Positions 16,543 to 25,841 of a stretch of 32,000 nucleotides of DNA are shown here, in pieces. Below the pieces are notes generated by a model, which was not told the DNA's origin, searched no databases, and saw only the letters and a program-made list of their open reading frames with translations. Position numbers and translations under genes: made by a program. This stretch comes from Pirellula staleyi DSM 6068 (GTDB taxonomy: Bacteria > Planctomycetota > Planctomycetia > Pirellulales > Pirellulaceae), in assembly GCA_000025185.1 (NCBI GenBank), contig CP001848.1, positions 90,001-122,000 on the forward strand, read 5' to 3'. Within the stretch, counting starts at the first letter, position 1. Every line of letters begins with the position of its first letter.

Positions 16543-17460
16543 TCAAAGCGGCTTGTCACTACTGGCGAGGGGCACTTCGGCGGCCATGGGGACTTTGGTG
16601 GGTGGGATGGGTTTGCTGCGGAGGACGGTGGTGGCGAGGCCGACGAGAATCAGCGCGGCGCCGACGATGGTCCACCAGGCGGGGGCGTTGCCGTCGGTGA
16701 GATAGCCCCAGACAGGGACCAAGATTGGTTCGACGAGCGCGATGAGAGCCGCCTCGTGACCCGGGATCGAGCGGAGCGAGCGGGCGAAGAGGACGTAGGA
16801 AAGACCCAGCTGAAGCATTCCAAAGGCGATCAGCAGCGGCCACTGCATTCCCTCGGGGAGCGGCTGATTCCAGAGGGCAAACGGCGCGAGGACGATCGCG
16901 TTGGTGAGGTGGCAAACGGCGATCAGCCAAGTGCCGTCGAAGTCGCGCAGCTGGCGCAGAATCAGCACCACTACGGCGTAGCAAACGCCCGACGAGAGAG
17001 CGATCGCCACCGCTGCGAGCGATTCTCCTTGGGCCTCAAACCACAAGATCACGGCGATTCCAGCGCCGGCAAAGCACATTTGCAGTACGTCGGCGCGGCG
17101 GAGTCGTTCGCCAAGGAACAGCACCCCCACCAGCAGCATCCAGACGGGGCCGGTGCATTGCAGCCAAATGGCGTTGGCCGCGGTTCCCCATTTCATGGCG
17201 GTGAGGAATGTGGTGGTCATCAGCGAGAACGAGATCCCCAGCGGCAACAGCAGCCAGCTGAACTTGGGGGCTCGCACCAAGGGCAACAGAATGAGGGTCG
17301 CGAACACAGCCCGCCAAAAGCAGAGTCGCTCCGGAGCCCAATCGGCGAGGTATGCAGTTTTGGCGAAAAAGCCGCTGGTGCTCCAGAGCACAGCCGCGAC
17401 AAACGCCATCATCCGCGCGCGGGCTAAGGTCCGGTCGTCGACAGTGGGGGGAAAGTTCAT
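16543..17460 (-). CDS. DMT superfamily (EamA-type) transporter
   Basis: I start at ATG 17460 (MNFPPTVDDRTLARARMMAFVAAVLWSTSGFFAK). About ten hydrophobic segments fall in two halves, the pattern typical of duplicated EamA domains. 305 aa. Confidence 0.85.
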   Translation of the reverse strand: MNFPPTVDDRTLARARMMAFVAAVLWSTSGFFAKTAYLADWAPERLCFWRAVFATLILLPLVRAPKFSWLLLPLGISFSLMTTTFLTAMKWGTAANAIWLQCTGPVWMLLVGVLFLGERLRRADVLQMCFAGAGIAVILWFEAQGESLAAVAIALSSGVCYAVVVLILRQLRDFDGTWLIAVCHLTNAIVLAPFALWNQPLPEGMQWPLLIAFGMLQLGLSYVLFARSLRSIPGHEAALIALVEPILVPVWGYLTDGNAPAWWTIVGAALILVGLATTVLRSKPIPPTKVPMAAEVPLASSDKPL

Positions 17461-17702
17461 GGGTCGCAGCTTCGCACGGCTTAGCAGGAGCAAGTTCGTT
17501 CGCCAGTGCACCGTTGTGGCATCGCCGCGCGGGTTCGTCTAGCAGCGGTATCCTCCGAATTACCGGAAAAACCGGTCGCCACGCTCCATCGACAGTGGGT
17601 GAAACGCCGACCTACAATTTCGAGACTCCCTGGACTGCGAAAATCGGCTGTGAGAAGCCCCCGAGCTGCTTGCGGCAAAAAACTCCCACGAAAGAGCGCT
17701 GG

Positions 17703-19352
17703 ATGACTGCTCCGACGAAAAAACCGCTCGCCCGATCGTTCGACTGCATCGTGATCGGGGGTGGACATAACGGGTTGGTGACCGCTGCCTATCTGGCGAA
17801 AGCGGGGAAGAAGGTGTGCGTGCTCGAAGCGCGGCATGTCCTGGGTGGATGTGCGGCCACGGAAACGCTGTGGCCCGGCTACCGGATCAGCGTCGCGGCT
17901 TATGTGATCAGCCTGTTTTTGCCGTCGATCATTCGCGATCTCAAGCTGAAGAGTTATGGCTTTGAAGTCCTGCCACGCAATCCCTCGTCGTTTACGCCGC
18001 TGCTCGATGGCCGCTCGCTCTTAATGGGCCCCGACAGCCGCGCAACGTGCCGCGAGATTGCCAAGTTCAGCACGCGCGATGCCGAGCAGTACCCTCAATA
18101 CAATGCCCTGCTGGAGCGGGTGGCGGCGGTGCTCGAGCCGCTGCTGTCGACGACTCCCCCCTCGGTGCTGCCGAGTGGCGTTCTAGGCCGCAACATCGGA
18201 ACGCTCGAACGACTCCGGGCCCTTTCGGATGCCTATGCGATGTCGCAGTCGGCTGCTGGCCTGGGGGATGATCTGCCGGAAGCTGTCGAACTACTTGCCG
18301 GAGCTGCGCGACCGATTCTCGAGCGCTGGTTCGAAAGCGAAGTGCTGCGTGCGACACTCGGCACCGATGCCATCATCGGCGCGTTTGCACCTCCGTCGCA
18401 TCCAGGAACTGCTTACGTGCTGCTGCATCACGTCATGGGAGAAGCGGGTGGCGCGCGTGGTGTGTGGGGCTACGTGCGGGGGGGAATGGGTGGACTAGCC
18501 GATGCGCTCGAAGGTGCCTGCGTCGATCTAGGTGTCGACATTCGCCGCGAAACGCCGGTCGAGCGGATCCTGACCAAGCATGGCCGAATTGGCGGCGTGC
18601 AACTCGCCTCGGGCTTGGTGCTCGAAGCACCGGTGGTCGCTTCGACGATCGATGCCAATCGAACCTTCCTGAAGATGCTTGGCGAAAGTGAGTTGCCCAA
18701 AAACTTTGCGGCGGCAATTGGTCGCATCAGCTACGCCTCGGCCTCGTGCAAAATCAATGTCGCCCTGAGCGAACCGCCGCAATTCACTTGCTTACCAGGT
18801 AGCGGGATTGGTCCACAGCACCGGGGGACGATTCATATTGGCGAAACGCTCGACACCATGGAACGCGGCTACGACGATGCCAAGTATGGCGAGCCGAGTC
18901 GCGAACCGATCTTGGAGATCACGCTCCCATCGAGTGTCGACGATACCCTGGCGCCGAAGGGGCATCATGTGATGAACATGTTTGTGCAATACGCGCCGTA
19001 TAAGCTCTCGAACAATCGGAGCTGGGACGATGTGAAAGAAGCCTTTGCCGATCGCTGTATCGAGCTTCTCGCGCGCTACGCGCCAAATGTCCCGGGCGCG
19101 ATTGTGCATCGGCAGATTTTGAGCCCTCTCGATCTCGAGCGGACTTTTGGCCTGACCGGTGGCAACATCATGCAAGGGGCAATGAATCCCGAGCAGCTGT
19201 TTTTGTTTCGTCCCACCGCAGGCTGGGCCGATCATCGCTCGCCCGTTCCGGGGCTCTACCTGTGCGGCGCGGCGGCCCATCCAGGTGGCGGCGTAATGGG
19301 AGCTGCTGGACGCAACGGCGCGCAGGCTATCTTGAGCGATATTGGAACGTAG
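17703..19352 (+). CDS. Phytoene desaturase (CrtI)-family NAD(P)/FAD-dependent oxidoreductase
   Basis: I start at ATG 17703. FDCIVIGGGHNGLVTAAYLAKAGKKVCVLEARHVLGG is an FAD dinucleotide fold. The C-terminal GLYLCGAAAHPGGGVMGAAGRNGA is typical of the family. The 117 upstream codons in the track overlap the divergent EamA gene and are rejected. Confidence 0.85.
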   Translation: MTAPTKKPLARSFDCIVIGGGHNGLVTAAYLAKAGKKVCVLEARHVLGGCAATETLWPGYRISVAAYVISLFLPSIIRDLKLKSYGFEVLPRNPSSFTPLLDGRSLLMGPDSRATCREIAKFSTRDAEQYPQYNALLERVAAVLEPLLSTTPPSVLPSGVLGRNIGTLERLRALSDAYAMSQSAAGLGDDLPEAVELLAGAARPILERWFESEVLRATLGTDAIIGAFAPPSHPGTAYVLLHHVMGEAGGARGVWGYVRGGMGGLADALEGACVDLGVDIRRETPVERILTKHGRIGGVQLASGLVLEAPVVASTIDANRTFLKMLGESELPKNFAAAIGRISYASASCKINVALSEPPQFTCLPGSGIGPQHRGTIHIGETLDTMERGYDDAKYGEPSREPILEITLPSSVDDTLAPKGHHVMNMFVQYAPYKLSNNRSWDDVKEAFADRCIELLARYAPNVPGAIVHRQILSPLDLERTFGLTGGNIMQGAMNPEQLFLFRPTAGWADHRSPVPGLYLCGAAAHPGGGVMGAAGRNGAQAILSDIGT

Positions 19353-19455
19353 CGACACGCTACTGCAGCGCATCTCACTTTTGGGTAGCGGCTGTTTCGT
19401 CAATTTCCGTTAGGATTTCATACGCCGCGCACGCTACTCGTCCGTGCGACACGCA

Positions 19456-20259
19456 CTAGTCGGGGAGTAGCAGCGTGGACTGGGGGCGAGAGATCTCGCC
19501 ACTGCCAGTGCGCCGTGCCTTGAGCCGAATGTACGGAGCAACGTAGCGACTTCGATGCTCGAAATCCCCGGGCATCGCTTCCGGTTTGGCATGGAGCGGT
19601 TCGATCAGATCCTCGATCACGAACCCTGCGCGGCACATTCCACCCAGCAGTTCCTCGAAACGATGCAGGTACTCGAGGGTCCCCTCTTCGCGATGCCGAC
19701 TCCCGACGACTGGCGGAAGTGGACCGCTGCGGTAGTAGGGCTCGGTGAGTTCATAGCCGCGCTGCGATCCCACCACATCGCACTGCAAACTCACGGGGGA
19801 TTTGTGCTGACTGATGTAGATTCCGCCAGCCCGCATGATGCGAGCCACCTCGCGAAACACTTTCACTACATCGGGCACATAGCAGGTGCTTACGGGGTGG
19901 ATCACGATGTCGAATTCCCCGGTGGCGAGCATCGGCAAATGGTCCATCGAGGCGGCGACCGTACGAACTTCGAGCTTCCGCTGCGAAGCGACTTCGCGAT
20001 CGATCTCGAGCATCGCCGTGCTGATGTCGACCACCGTCACCTGTGCTCCCGCAGCAGCATAGAGCGCGCTTTGGCGTCCACCACCTGCTGCCAAACAGAG
20101 GAGCTTTTTTCCGACAATCGAAGGACCGAGCCAACCGGGCTGATCGACCACCGACAAAGGACTCGCGAAATCTTCGTCCTTGGCGGGAAGTGTAAAGCGA
20201 TTCCCTTTGCTCACCATCGCATCCCAGGCGCGGCGATTGTGATCGTGTGGTGTACTCAC
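19456..20259 (-). CDS. Class I SAM-dependent methyltransferase
   Basis: 267 aa with a GTG start. Motif I is KKLLCLAAGGGRQSALYAAAGAQVTVVDIS, followed by post-I and motif II segments (FDIVIHPVS). The start overlaps the upstream gene stop as GTGA (20259-20256). Confidence 0.85.
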   Translation of the reverse strand: MSTPHDHNRRAWDAMVSKGNRFTLPAKDEDFASPLSVVDQPGWLGPSIVGKKLLCLAAGGGRQSALYAAAGAQVTVVDISTAMLEIDREVASQRKLEVRTVAASMDHLPMLATGEFDIVIHPVSTCYVPDVVKVFREVARIMRAGGIYISQHKSPVSLQCDVVGSQRGYELTEPYYRSGPLPPVVGSRHREEGTLEYLHRFEELLGGMCRAGFVIEDLIEPLHAKPEAMPGDFEHRSRYVAPYIRLKARRTGSGEISRPQSTLLLPD

Positions 20260-20807
20260 TCCGGTTTCCTTGATTCGCGCAAGACGCGCTGCTGTTTGCG
20301 AAAGACTTCGAGCAGCACAAGATACCAGCGATACATCACGATCCCTAGCCAGAGCATCAGGACGGCGGGAGTGACGAGGAGTACGTCGGTGATTTCACCA
20401 CGAGATAGGAAGTAGCTGCCAACGAACATGATTCCCGCACCGAGCAATAATCCCCAGGCGACCATGCGCGACCAGACTCGGTCCCCAAACAGGACGGAGC
20501 GCACCTGACCGAAACTCATCACCACACTCACCAGCAGCAGGTTCAGTGAAGCGGCACCGATCGGTTCGAACGACTTGGAAGTTGGATCGAGCCCCAGACG
20601 TGTTGGGGGAATAACCTCGAACCAAACACCAAGCAAGTAGACGGCGAGGCTCGCGATGATCATCGACCCGAGCAGCACAATCACCGTGGCCACCCACAGC
20701 GTGGGGCCGCGCGGCGGTAACTCGGCAACCAGACGAACCACGCGCTGCGTTTCGTCCGACGCCAGCTGCGGCGGGGCGTAGGGATTGAGTGGTTCGGGGT
20801 GCGACAT
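20256..20807 (-). CDS. Hypothetical integral membrane protein (about 4 TM)
   Basis: I start at ATG 20807 (MSHPEPLNPYAPPQLASDE). The ORF-track extension would overlap the hydrolase gene. There are four hydrophobic stretches. 183 aa. Confidence 0.55.
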   Translation of the reverse strand: MSHPEPLNPYAPPQLASDETQRVVRLVAELPPRGPTLWVATVIVLLGSMIIASLAVYLLGVWFEVIPPTRLGLDPTSKSFEPIGAASLNLLLVSVVMSFGQVRSVLFGDRVWSRMVAWGLLLGAGIMFVGSYFLSRGEITDVLLVTPAVLMLWLGIVMYRWYLVLLEVFRKQQRVLRESRKPE

Positions 20808-20875
20808 GATCGAAAAAACTTGTGCTGTAGAATTAGCGAGTCGACAAGCGAAAGGACCATCGCACACGGAGCATG

Positions 20876-21877
20876 CTACTTCGCGTGTTTCTCGAGGAAC
20901 GCCAAGGCAGCGGTGGCAATCCCCTCGTGTCCCCCTTCGAAAATCGTGACCCGCGATGCGCCGGCATAGCGGCGGCAATAGATCGCGCGGCCAAGCGTGT
21001 CGTCGACTTCCTGGTCCGATTCGCGGGGAGACTTGAGCCGGCCATTCTTGGCGCTCAGCTCAGCGATCTCCGCTTCGCTGATAACAGCAGCACCTGGAGT
21101 TTGCTGAGCGAGCTGATTGAAAGCATCGAGCGATTGACGGATCGGGACCGAGCCGTCGTGACCATCGTGAATGCCGGCGGCGATGTCGATCGGTAATTTG
21201 ACCTTCGCGGCGCTCGCTAAAAAATGAATCGGAGAACGGGCATGATATTCGGCATCGATGGTGGCCGATGTTCCCGGCGCGCCACCGCAGCATGCGCGGC
21301 ACATTTCACCATACTTGCCTTGGGCATGACGATCGTGCCAGGTCGCCAGGTTGCTGATCCCTACCCAGGCGGAAGCGGCCGTGAATCGCTCGGGATATTT
21401 GCCCGCCATCAGCATCGTCATATGTCCTCCTCCGGAGATTCCGGTGAGGTAGATCCGTTTCTCGTCGATCCGAAACGTGGTTTCGGCCCAGTCGATGGCA
21501 TCAAGGATATCTTGCTGGGCGAGTTTCGAGCCGCATGCTTCGGGCCGAAGATTAGCGCCGCGAAACTCGGGGAAGACAAAAATCCATCCCCGCTCGATCG
21601 CCTCTGATTCAAAATCCTCGAACCGCTGATCGATGCCGTGGCTCCAGCTGTGCAGCATCACCAGGAGTGGCCGAGCAGGTTGATCCTGTTGCTCCGCGCG
21701 GCTCTTGGCCCCCTCGGGCAAACGATAGCGAACCCGCTGTGGCGATTTGTCGATCGTACTAGGAACAACCACCTCGGTGAGGAGCTGCTGAGGGGCGGGA
21801 GCATCGGCCCGGGTGGAATCAGCGAACGTGAGGCAAATGGTTGCCACAGCGAGCGTGGTGCAGAGACGAAACCGCAT
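20876..21877 (-). CDS. Secreted alpha/beta hydrolase (S9 / esterase-like serine hydrolase)
   Basis: I start at ATG 21877. The signal peptide is MRFRLCTTLAVATICLTFADSTRA. The nucleophile elbow is GISGGGH. LVMLHSW is followed later by FVFPEFRG. The fold is typical of prolyl oligopeptidase / esterase-family enzymes. Confidence 0.8.
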   Translation of the reverse strand: MRFRLCTTLAVATICLTFADSTRADAPAPQQLLTEVVVPSTIDKSPQRVRYRLPEGAKSRAEQQDQPARPLLVMLHSWSHGIDQRFEDFESEAIERGWIFVFPEFRGANLRPEACGSKLAQQDILDAIDWAETTFRIDEKRIYLTGISGGGHMTMLMAGKYPERFTAASAWVGISNLATWHDRHAQGKYGEMCRACCGGAPGTSATIDAEYHARSPIHFLASAAKVKLPIDIAAGIHDGHDGSVPIRQSLDAFNQLAQQTPGAAVISEAEIAELSAKNGRLKSPRESDQEVDDTLGRAIYCRRYAGASRVTIFEGGHEGIATAALAFLEKHAK

Positions 21878-21940
21878 CCGTTCTACCTCGAGAAACAAGG
21901 GCCTAGGAGAAGTGCAGCCTGTGCTGCGCGCGTGGAGACG

Positions 21941-22651
21941 CTAGGACGCGACGTCGACAATGCGAAAGTCGAGTCCGGTGATCGGCGCCCCACCGTTGTG
22001 GAACGTCATCCCATCGTACACCAGCGCGTTGATGGCAGCATGCGTGTGGCCGAAGTAAACCTGCTCCACACCTTGATCGGGCCCCTGCCCAATCCGGCGC
22101 AAGTATTGATGAATGCGCCCTACCACTTTTTGAGGTCGATTCATCACGTGCGAGGCAAGTTTGTGCAAATTGGCGCGAACCGCCAGGTCGTACATCGCGT
22201 GGTGCAATCGGGTGCGCGATTCATCGTGCCGCCATTTGTCGCGCCGCGCGATGAGGCGATCGGCGCACATGGCGGGATGATCCGCGGCATCGCCATGCAG
22301 GAAGATATTTTGGTCGAGACGAAGCCAGTAGTGATGAATGTCGAGGTTGCTCCGCTGTAGGGCGTAGCGCTCGAGTTCGGTCACGAATTTTTCGTTGTAG
22401 TCGTGATTTCCCAGTACGAAATGAAACTGGCACTGCGCGTGGCTGGCGACCAGATCATCGAGCCAGCGCATCGCCGCAACAATCGTGGCATCGGTATCGC
22501 CGAGCGTCGACCAGCGGAAGTCGAAAATATCGCCGCCGAGCACCATCGTTTGGACTTCGGCGGCGCACTGATGCATCGGCAACTCGAATCGCACAGGCTG
22601 CGAACGTGCCGAGTACAAATGCAAATCGGAAACGAAAACCGTATCAGGCAT
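21941..22651 (-). CDS. Metallophosphoesterase (calcineurin-like; LpxH-like size and layout)
   Basis: 236 aa. Motifs appear in the canonical order: VSDLHL, GGDIFD, GNHD and FGHTH. Confidence 0.85.
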   Translation of the reverse strand: MPDTVFVSDLHLYSARSQPVRFELPMHQCAAEVQTMVLGGDIFDFRWSTLGDTDATIVAAMRWLDDLVASHAQCQFHFVLGNHDYNEKFVTELERYALQRSNLDIHHYWLRLDQNIFLHGDAADHPAMCADRLIARRDKWRHDESRTRLHHAMYDLAVRANLHKLASHVMNRPQKVVGRIHQYLRRIGQGPDQGVEQVYFGHTHAAINALVYDGMTFHNGGAPITGLDFRIVDVAS

Positions 22652-23080
22652 CCTGAAAGTTCCAGGGCTCTTGGGAGTCGTTTAACACCCTCATCTTACA
22701 CCCATCGGCTCGGCGGCGAACAGAACATTTTCGCACAGCGAGCGCGACACAGCCGCACAGAAAGCTAGCGGCGAGCCATCCCCTCATTTCGAGCAGAACT
22801 TGCGAAGCCGAATCGACTTAGGTTTGTTCCGGCCAACCAGATTGGCAGCGCGAGCTTCCTGCAGGATATCAATCGCAAACGATGTGCCGTGTTGGGAAGC
22901 CCGCGGAACCAGATAAGCCCTAGCTTGCCCAGCGCAGGTCTTGGCTGACCCAAGAAACGGAGCAAGGTAGCCAACACTTGCCTCTCGAGCAGTGCAGACT
23001 ACCTTGACCGTTGGACTCGAAGCAGGCGAGTCCAGTTCGGGTGGATGAGCGGGAGTTATCGGTCCCGCGACCGGCTGGCG

Positions 23081-23827
23081 TTATCGCGTGGCGACAGCTC
23101 GCAAGTCGAACAGCTGATTGGCTTCGTGGGCCACACTGTCGATGAACTTCTTCCCGGCCATGTAGTCCATAGGACGAAGCGTATCGATGTTGCCACGCAG
23201 GGTTTGACGCATCCGCTCTGCATGGGTGGCGATGTGGGCAGCGAACTGCGAACCACGACCACCATCGGAAGCATCGCGGCTGCGGAATGCAGCGTCGATT
23301 GCGTTGCGGTCGGCTTCGAACTCCTTGGTCATCAGAACTTCAGGCCAGCCGAGCTTACCGGTGGTGGGCTCGTACTGCTGAGCCGCCAGTGGCGAGGGAG
23401 CCATCCGCTGAGCAATCGTGGCATACTGATCGACCGACAATCGGGTGGGACGTTCAGCAGCTCGTGCCTCTTGGTTCACCTTACGCATCGCGAAATAGGT
23501 GTCGGTGGCCAGCTTACGGTTTTGAATCGCAGCCTGACGGGCCGATTCATAACGCTCGGCGGCCATCGAGTTGTACAAGTTGGCTTCGCCGGCGGCCCGA
23601 GTTAGTTCGGCAGCGCCACGCAGTACCCCTTCTTCATAGGTTGAACTGTGGTAGCCAAAGCCGCCCCAGCCTCGGTACGGGGAACCATAACCGTAGCCAT
23701 AGCCGTTACTAACTGGCGGGGCCACATAGCCGTAGGTTTGTGCCATTGCGCTGGTCGACCCCAACAACAGTAGCGCCACGACTAGCGAAGTGGTAAGCCA
23801 GCGAGTGGTGGTGAAGTAGCGTTTCAT
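23081..23827 (-). CDS. Secreted hypothetical protein with a Gly/Tyr-rich N-terminal segment
   Basis: ATG at 23827 has a perfect AGGAG upstream. The signal peptide is LTTSLVVALLLLGSTSAMA-Q. YGYVAPPVSNGYGYGYGSPYRGWGGFGYH follows, then a helical Ala/Arg/Gln-rich domain. 248 aa. Confidence 0.65.
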   Translation of the reverse strand: MKRYFTTTRWLTTSLVVALLLLGSTSAMAQTYGYVAPPVSNGYGYGYGSPYRGWGGFGYHSSTYEEGVLRGAAELTRAAGEANLYNSMAAERYESARQAAIQNRKLATDTYFAMRKVNQEARAAERPTRLSVDQYATIAQRMAPSPLAAQQYEPTTGKLGWPEVLMTKEFEADRNAIDAAFRSRDASDGGRGSQFAAHIATHAERMRQTLRGNIDTLRPMDYMAGKKFIDSVAHEANQLFDLRAVATR

Positions 23828-24174
23828 GACAAAACTCCTTTCGCAATCTTGATTCAAGCGTTGCTCGTCGCGGCTGACTGACGAATACTTAATAGCGACG
23901 CTCTGTCGCAGATCAGTCGCTCGCTACGAGCCTCTTCCGCAAGGGAAGCATTCGTAATGAGTACGGTTGTGATAAGCTGCAAGGAGCGTGCCAGAACTGA
24001 CAATCGCCCGAGACCAAGCCACGCAAACAACGACCCACAAAGCACTTACAACCACCAACTTTTCATTTCCAAGCACTTTTGATTGCGAGATCGATGTCCA
24101 AAGTGAGATAGAATGGAGACGGTTGGTCTCAATCTGAGAACCCAACCTGGGGAACCACCTGCGGAGCATGCATC

Positions 24175-25818
24175 GTGCAAACAGCCTCTCCAAGTTTGCC
24201 GCTGGCCGAGTGGAGTGCCGCGATTTCGACGCAAGAGATGGCACTGCGCTTAGGGGGCGGTGCAGCGGCGATCGAGCGTCAACATGCGAAAGGTCGCCTG
24301 ACCGCTCGCGAGCGTATTGACAGGCTGATCGACCCCGGCACTAGCCCGCTCGAGCTCGGCATTTTCGCGGGGCACGAGATGTACGATCGTTTTGGCGGCG
24401 CACCGGCGGCTGGCGTGATCACCACGATCGGCATGGTGGCTGGTCGGCGGCAAATGATCATCGCCAACGACGCCACCGTGAAGGCGGGAGCCTTCTTTCC
24501 GGCAACGTGCAAAAAAGTGCTCCGTGCTCAGCGCATCGCTTTCGCCTGCAAGTTACCACTTATCTATCTGGTCGACTCGGCGGGCGTTTTTCTGCCGCTG
24601 CAAGAGGATGTATTTCCCGACGAAGATGATTTTGGACGAATCTTTCGCAACAACGCCGTGATCAGCGCCGCTGGTATTCCGCAACTCGCTGCGATCATGG
24701 GAAGCTGCGTCGCAGGAGGCGGCTATCTCCCGGTCTTGTGCGATAAACTCCTGATGACCGAAGGTTCGGGACTCTATCTCGCGGGTCCCGCGCTGGTGAA
24801 GAGCGCGATTGGTCAGGAGATTTCTAGCGACGAGCTGGGGGGTGCCAAAATGCACGCCTCCATCAGCGGAACGATCGACTACCGCGAAGCCAACGACGAG
24901 CAGTGCCTCGCTCGCCTGCGATCGCTTGTCGGACAATCGGCTCCCGATCGCGACGAACCGGTTCCCCCCTTCTCGAAGATCCAGGCACAAGCGCCGGCAC
25001 GACAGCCGACGGAGATCTACACGCTGGTCGATCCCTCGAGCCCGCGCGGCTACGACATGCGACAAGTGCTCGAGACCATCGTCGATGCTGCGACCTGGAA
25101 CGAGTTCAAAGCCGAGTATGGACCTACGATCTTGTGCGGCACAGCCCGCATCGGAGGCTACGCGGTCGGGATCGTAGCGAGCCAAAAATCGAGGGCCATC
25201 ACAGCCGACGGCCAGTTGCAACTGGGAGGGGTCATTTACGTCGACGCTGCTGAAAAAGCGGCCCGTTTTGTGATGAGCTGCAATCAAGATCAGCTCCCCA
25301 TTATCTTCCTGCAAGACACCACCGGGTTTATGGTGGGACGCGATAGCGAGCATGCCGGGATCATCAAAGCGGGCGCGAAACTTGTATCAGCTGTCAGCAA
25401 TTCGCGCGTCCCGAAGATCACGGTGCTGGTCGGTGGATCATATGGCGCGGGAAGTTATGCGCTGTGCGGCAAAGCCTTCGATCCGCGTCTTATTTTCGCA
25501 TGGCCCTCGAGCAAATTGGCGGTGATGGGAGCGCATCAGGCGACGCAAACGCTCGTCGATATCACGGCCAATAGCCAAAAAAAGAACCGAGCAGACGAGG
25601 CGTCGGCTGATACGGAGCAGGCTCAACTAGCGCAGTTGCGCGAGGAAGTGCGTGCCAGCTACGAACGTCAACTCGACGCGCGCTATGCAGCGGCGCGAGG
25701 CTGGGTGGATGCCATCATCGATCCAGCCCGCACGCGCGATGTGCTAATCGAGTCGCTGGCAATTTGCACGCGCACAGTGAGCGAAGAACCGTACAAACTC
25801 GGCGTGTTTCAGGTGTAA
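24175..25818 (+). CDS. Acyl-CoA carboxylase carboxyltransferase (beta) subunit, of the methylcrotonyl-/geranyl-CoA carboxylase type
   Basis: 547 aa. LRLGGGAAAIERQHAKGRLTARERIDRLIDPGTSPLELG is the typical N-terminus of MCCase/PCCase beta subunits. Also present are ANDATVKAGAFFP, ELGGAKMH and FLQDTTGFMVG. The start is uncertain: GTG at 24175 or ATG at 24238. Confidence 0.9.
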   Translation: MQTASPSLPLAEWSAAISTQEMALRLGGGAAAIERQHAKGRLTARERIDRLIDPGTSPLELGIFAGHEMYDRFGGAPAAGVITTIGMVAGRRQMIIANDATVKAGAFFPATCKKVLRAQRIAFACKLPLIYLVDSAGVFLPLQEDVFPDEDDFGRIFRNNAVISAAGIPQLAAIMGSCVAGGGYLPVLCDKLLMTEGSGLYLAGPALVKSAIGQEISSDELGGAKMHASISGTIDYREANDEQCLARLRSLVGQSAPDRDEPVPPFSKIQAQAPARQPTEIYTLVDPSSPRGYDMRQVLETIVDAATWNEFKAEYGPTILCGTARIGGYAVGIVASQKSRAITADGQLQLGGVIYVDAAEKAARFVMSCNQDQLPIIFLQDTTGFMVGRDSEHAGIIKAGAKLVSAVSNSRVPKITVLVGGSYGAGSYALCGKAFDPRLIFAWPSSKLAVMGAHQATQTLVDITANSQKKNRADEASADTEQAQLAQLREEVRASYERQLDARYAAARGWVDAIIDPARTRDVLIESLAICTRTVSEEPYKLGVFQV

Positions 25819-25841
25819 CTTGATCGACGCAGGTGAGCCTC

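Noticed and set aside
17352-17702. N-terminal extensions suggested by the ORF track: 117 extra codons on the CrtI-family gene, 98 on the 2576 gene, 57 on the 20256 membrane gene, 39 on the PEGA gene and 29 on the response regulator.
   Set aside because: The extensions overlap neighbouring genes or divergent promoters and are Arg/Ser/Pro-rich. In each case an internal ATG yields a canonical N-terminus: a Rossmann or FAD fold, a signal peptide, a lipobox or a receiver-domain start.
19353-19455. Short repeated words (CGACACGC at 19353 and 19447, CACGCTACT twice) between the convergent oxidoreductase and methyltransferase genes. These might mark a terminator or a repeat element.
   Set aside because: The words are only 8-9 bp long, no stable stem-loop with a U-tract could be drawn, and they bear no relation to the REP family at 15.3-16.2 kb. 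This is too weak to call.
22765-22977. A 70-aa minus-strand ORF in the gap between the metallophosphoesterase gene and the GY-rich protein gene.
   Set aside because: It has a GTG start, no ribosome-binding site and a Leu/Arg-rich composition (MLATLLRFLGQPRPALGKLGLIWFRGLP...). I recognise no motif, so it is indistinguishable from a random open frame at this GC content.
23854-24244. Three overlapping minus-strand ORFs (63, 106 and 62 aa) in the divergent spacer upstream of the carboxyltransferase gene.
   Set aside because: They overlap one another in different frames, have no motifs and partly overlap the carboxyltransferase start. This is more likely a 347-bp promoter region, and only short hairpins are visible (for example GAGAC/GTCTC at 24116-24130).
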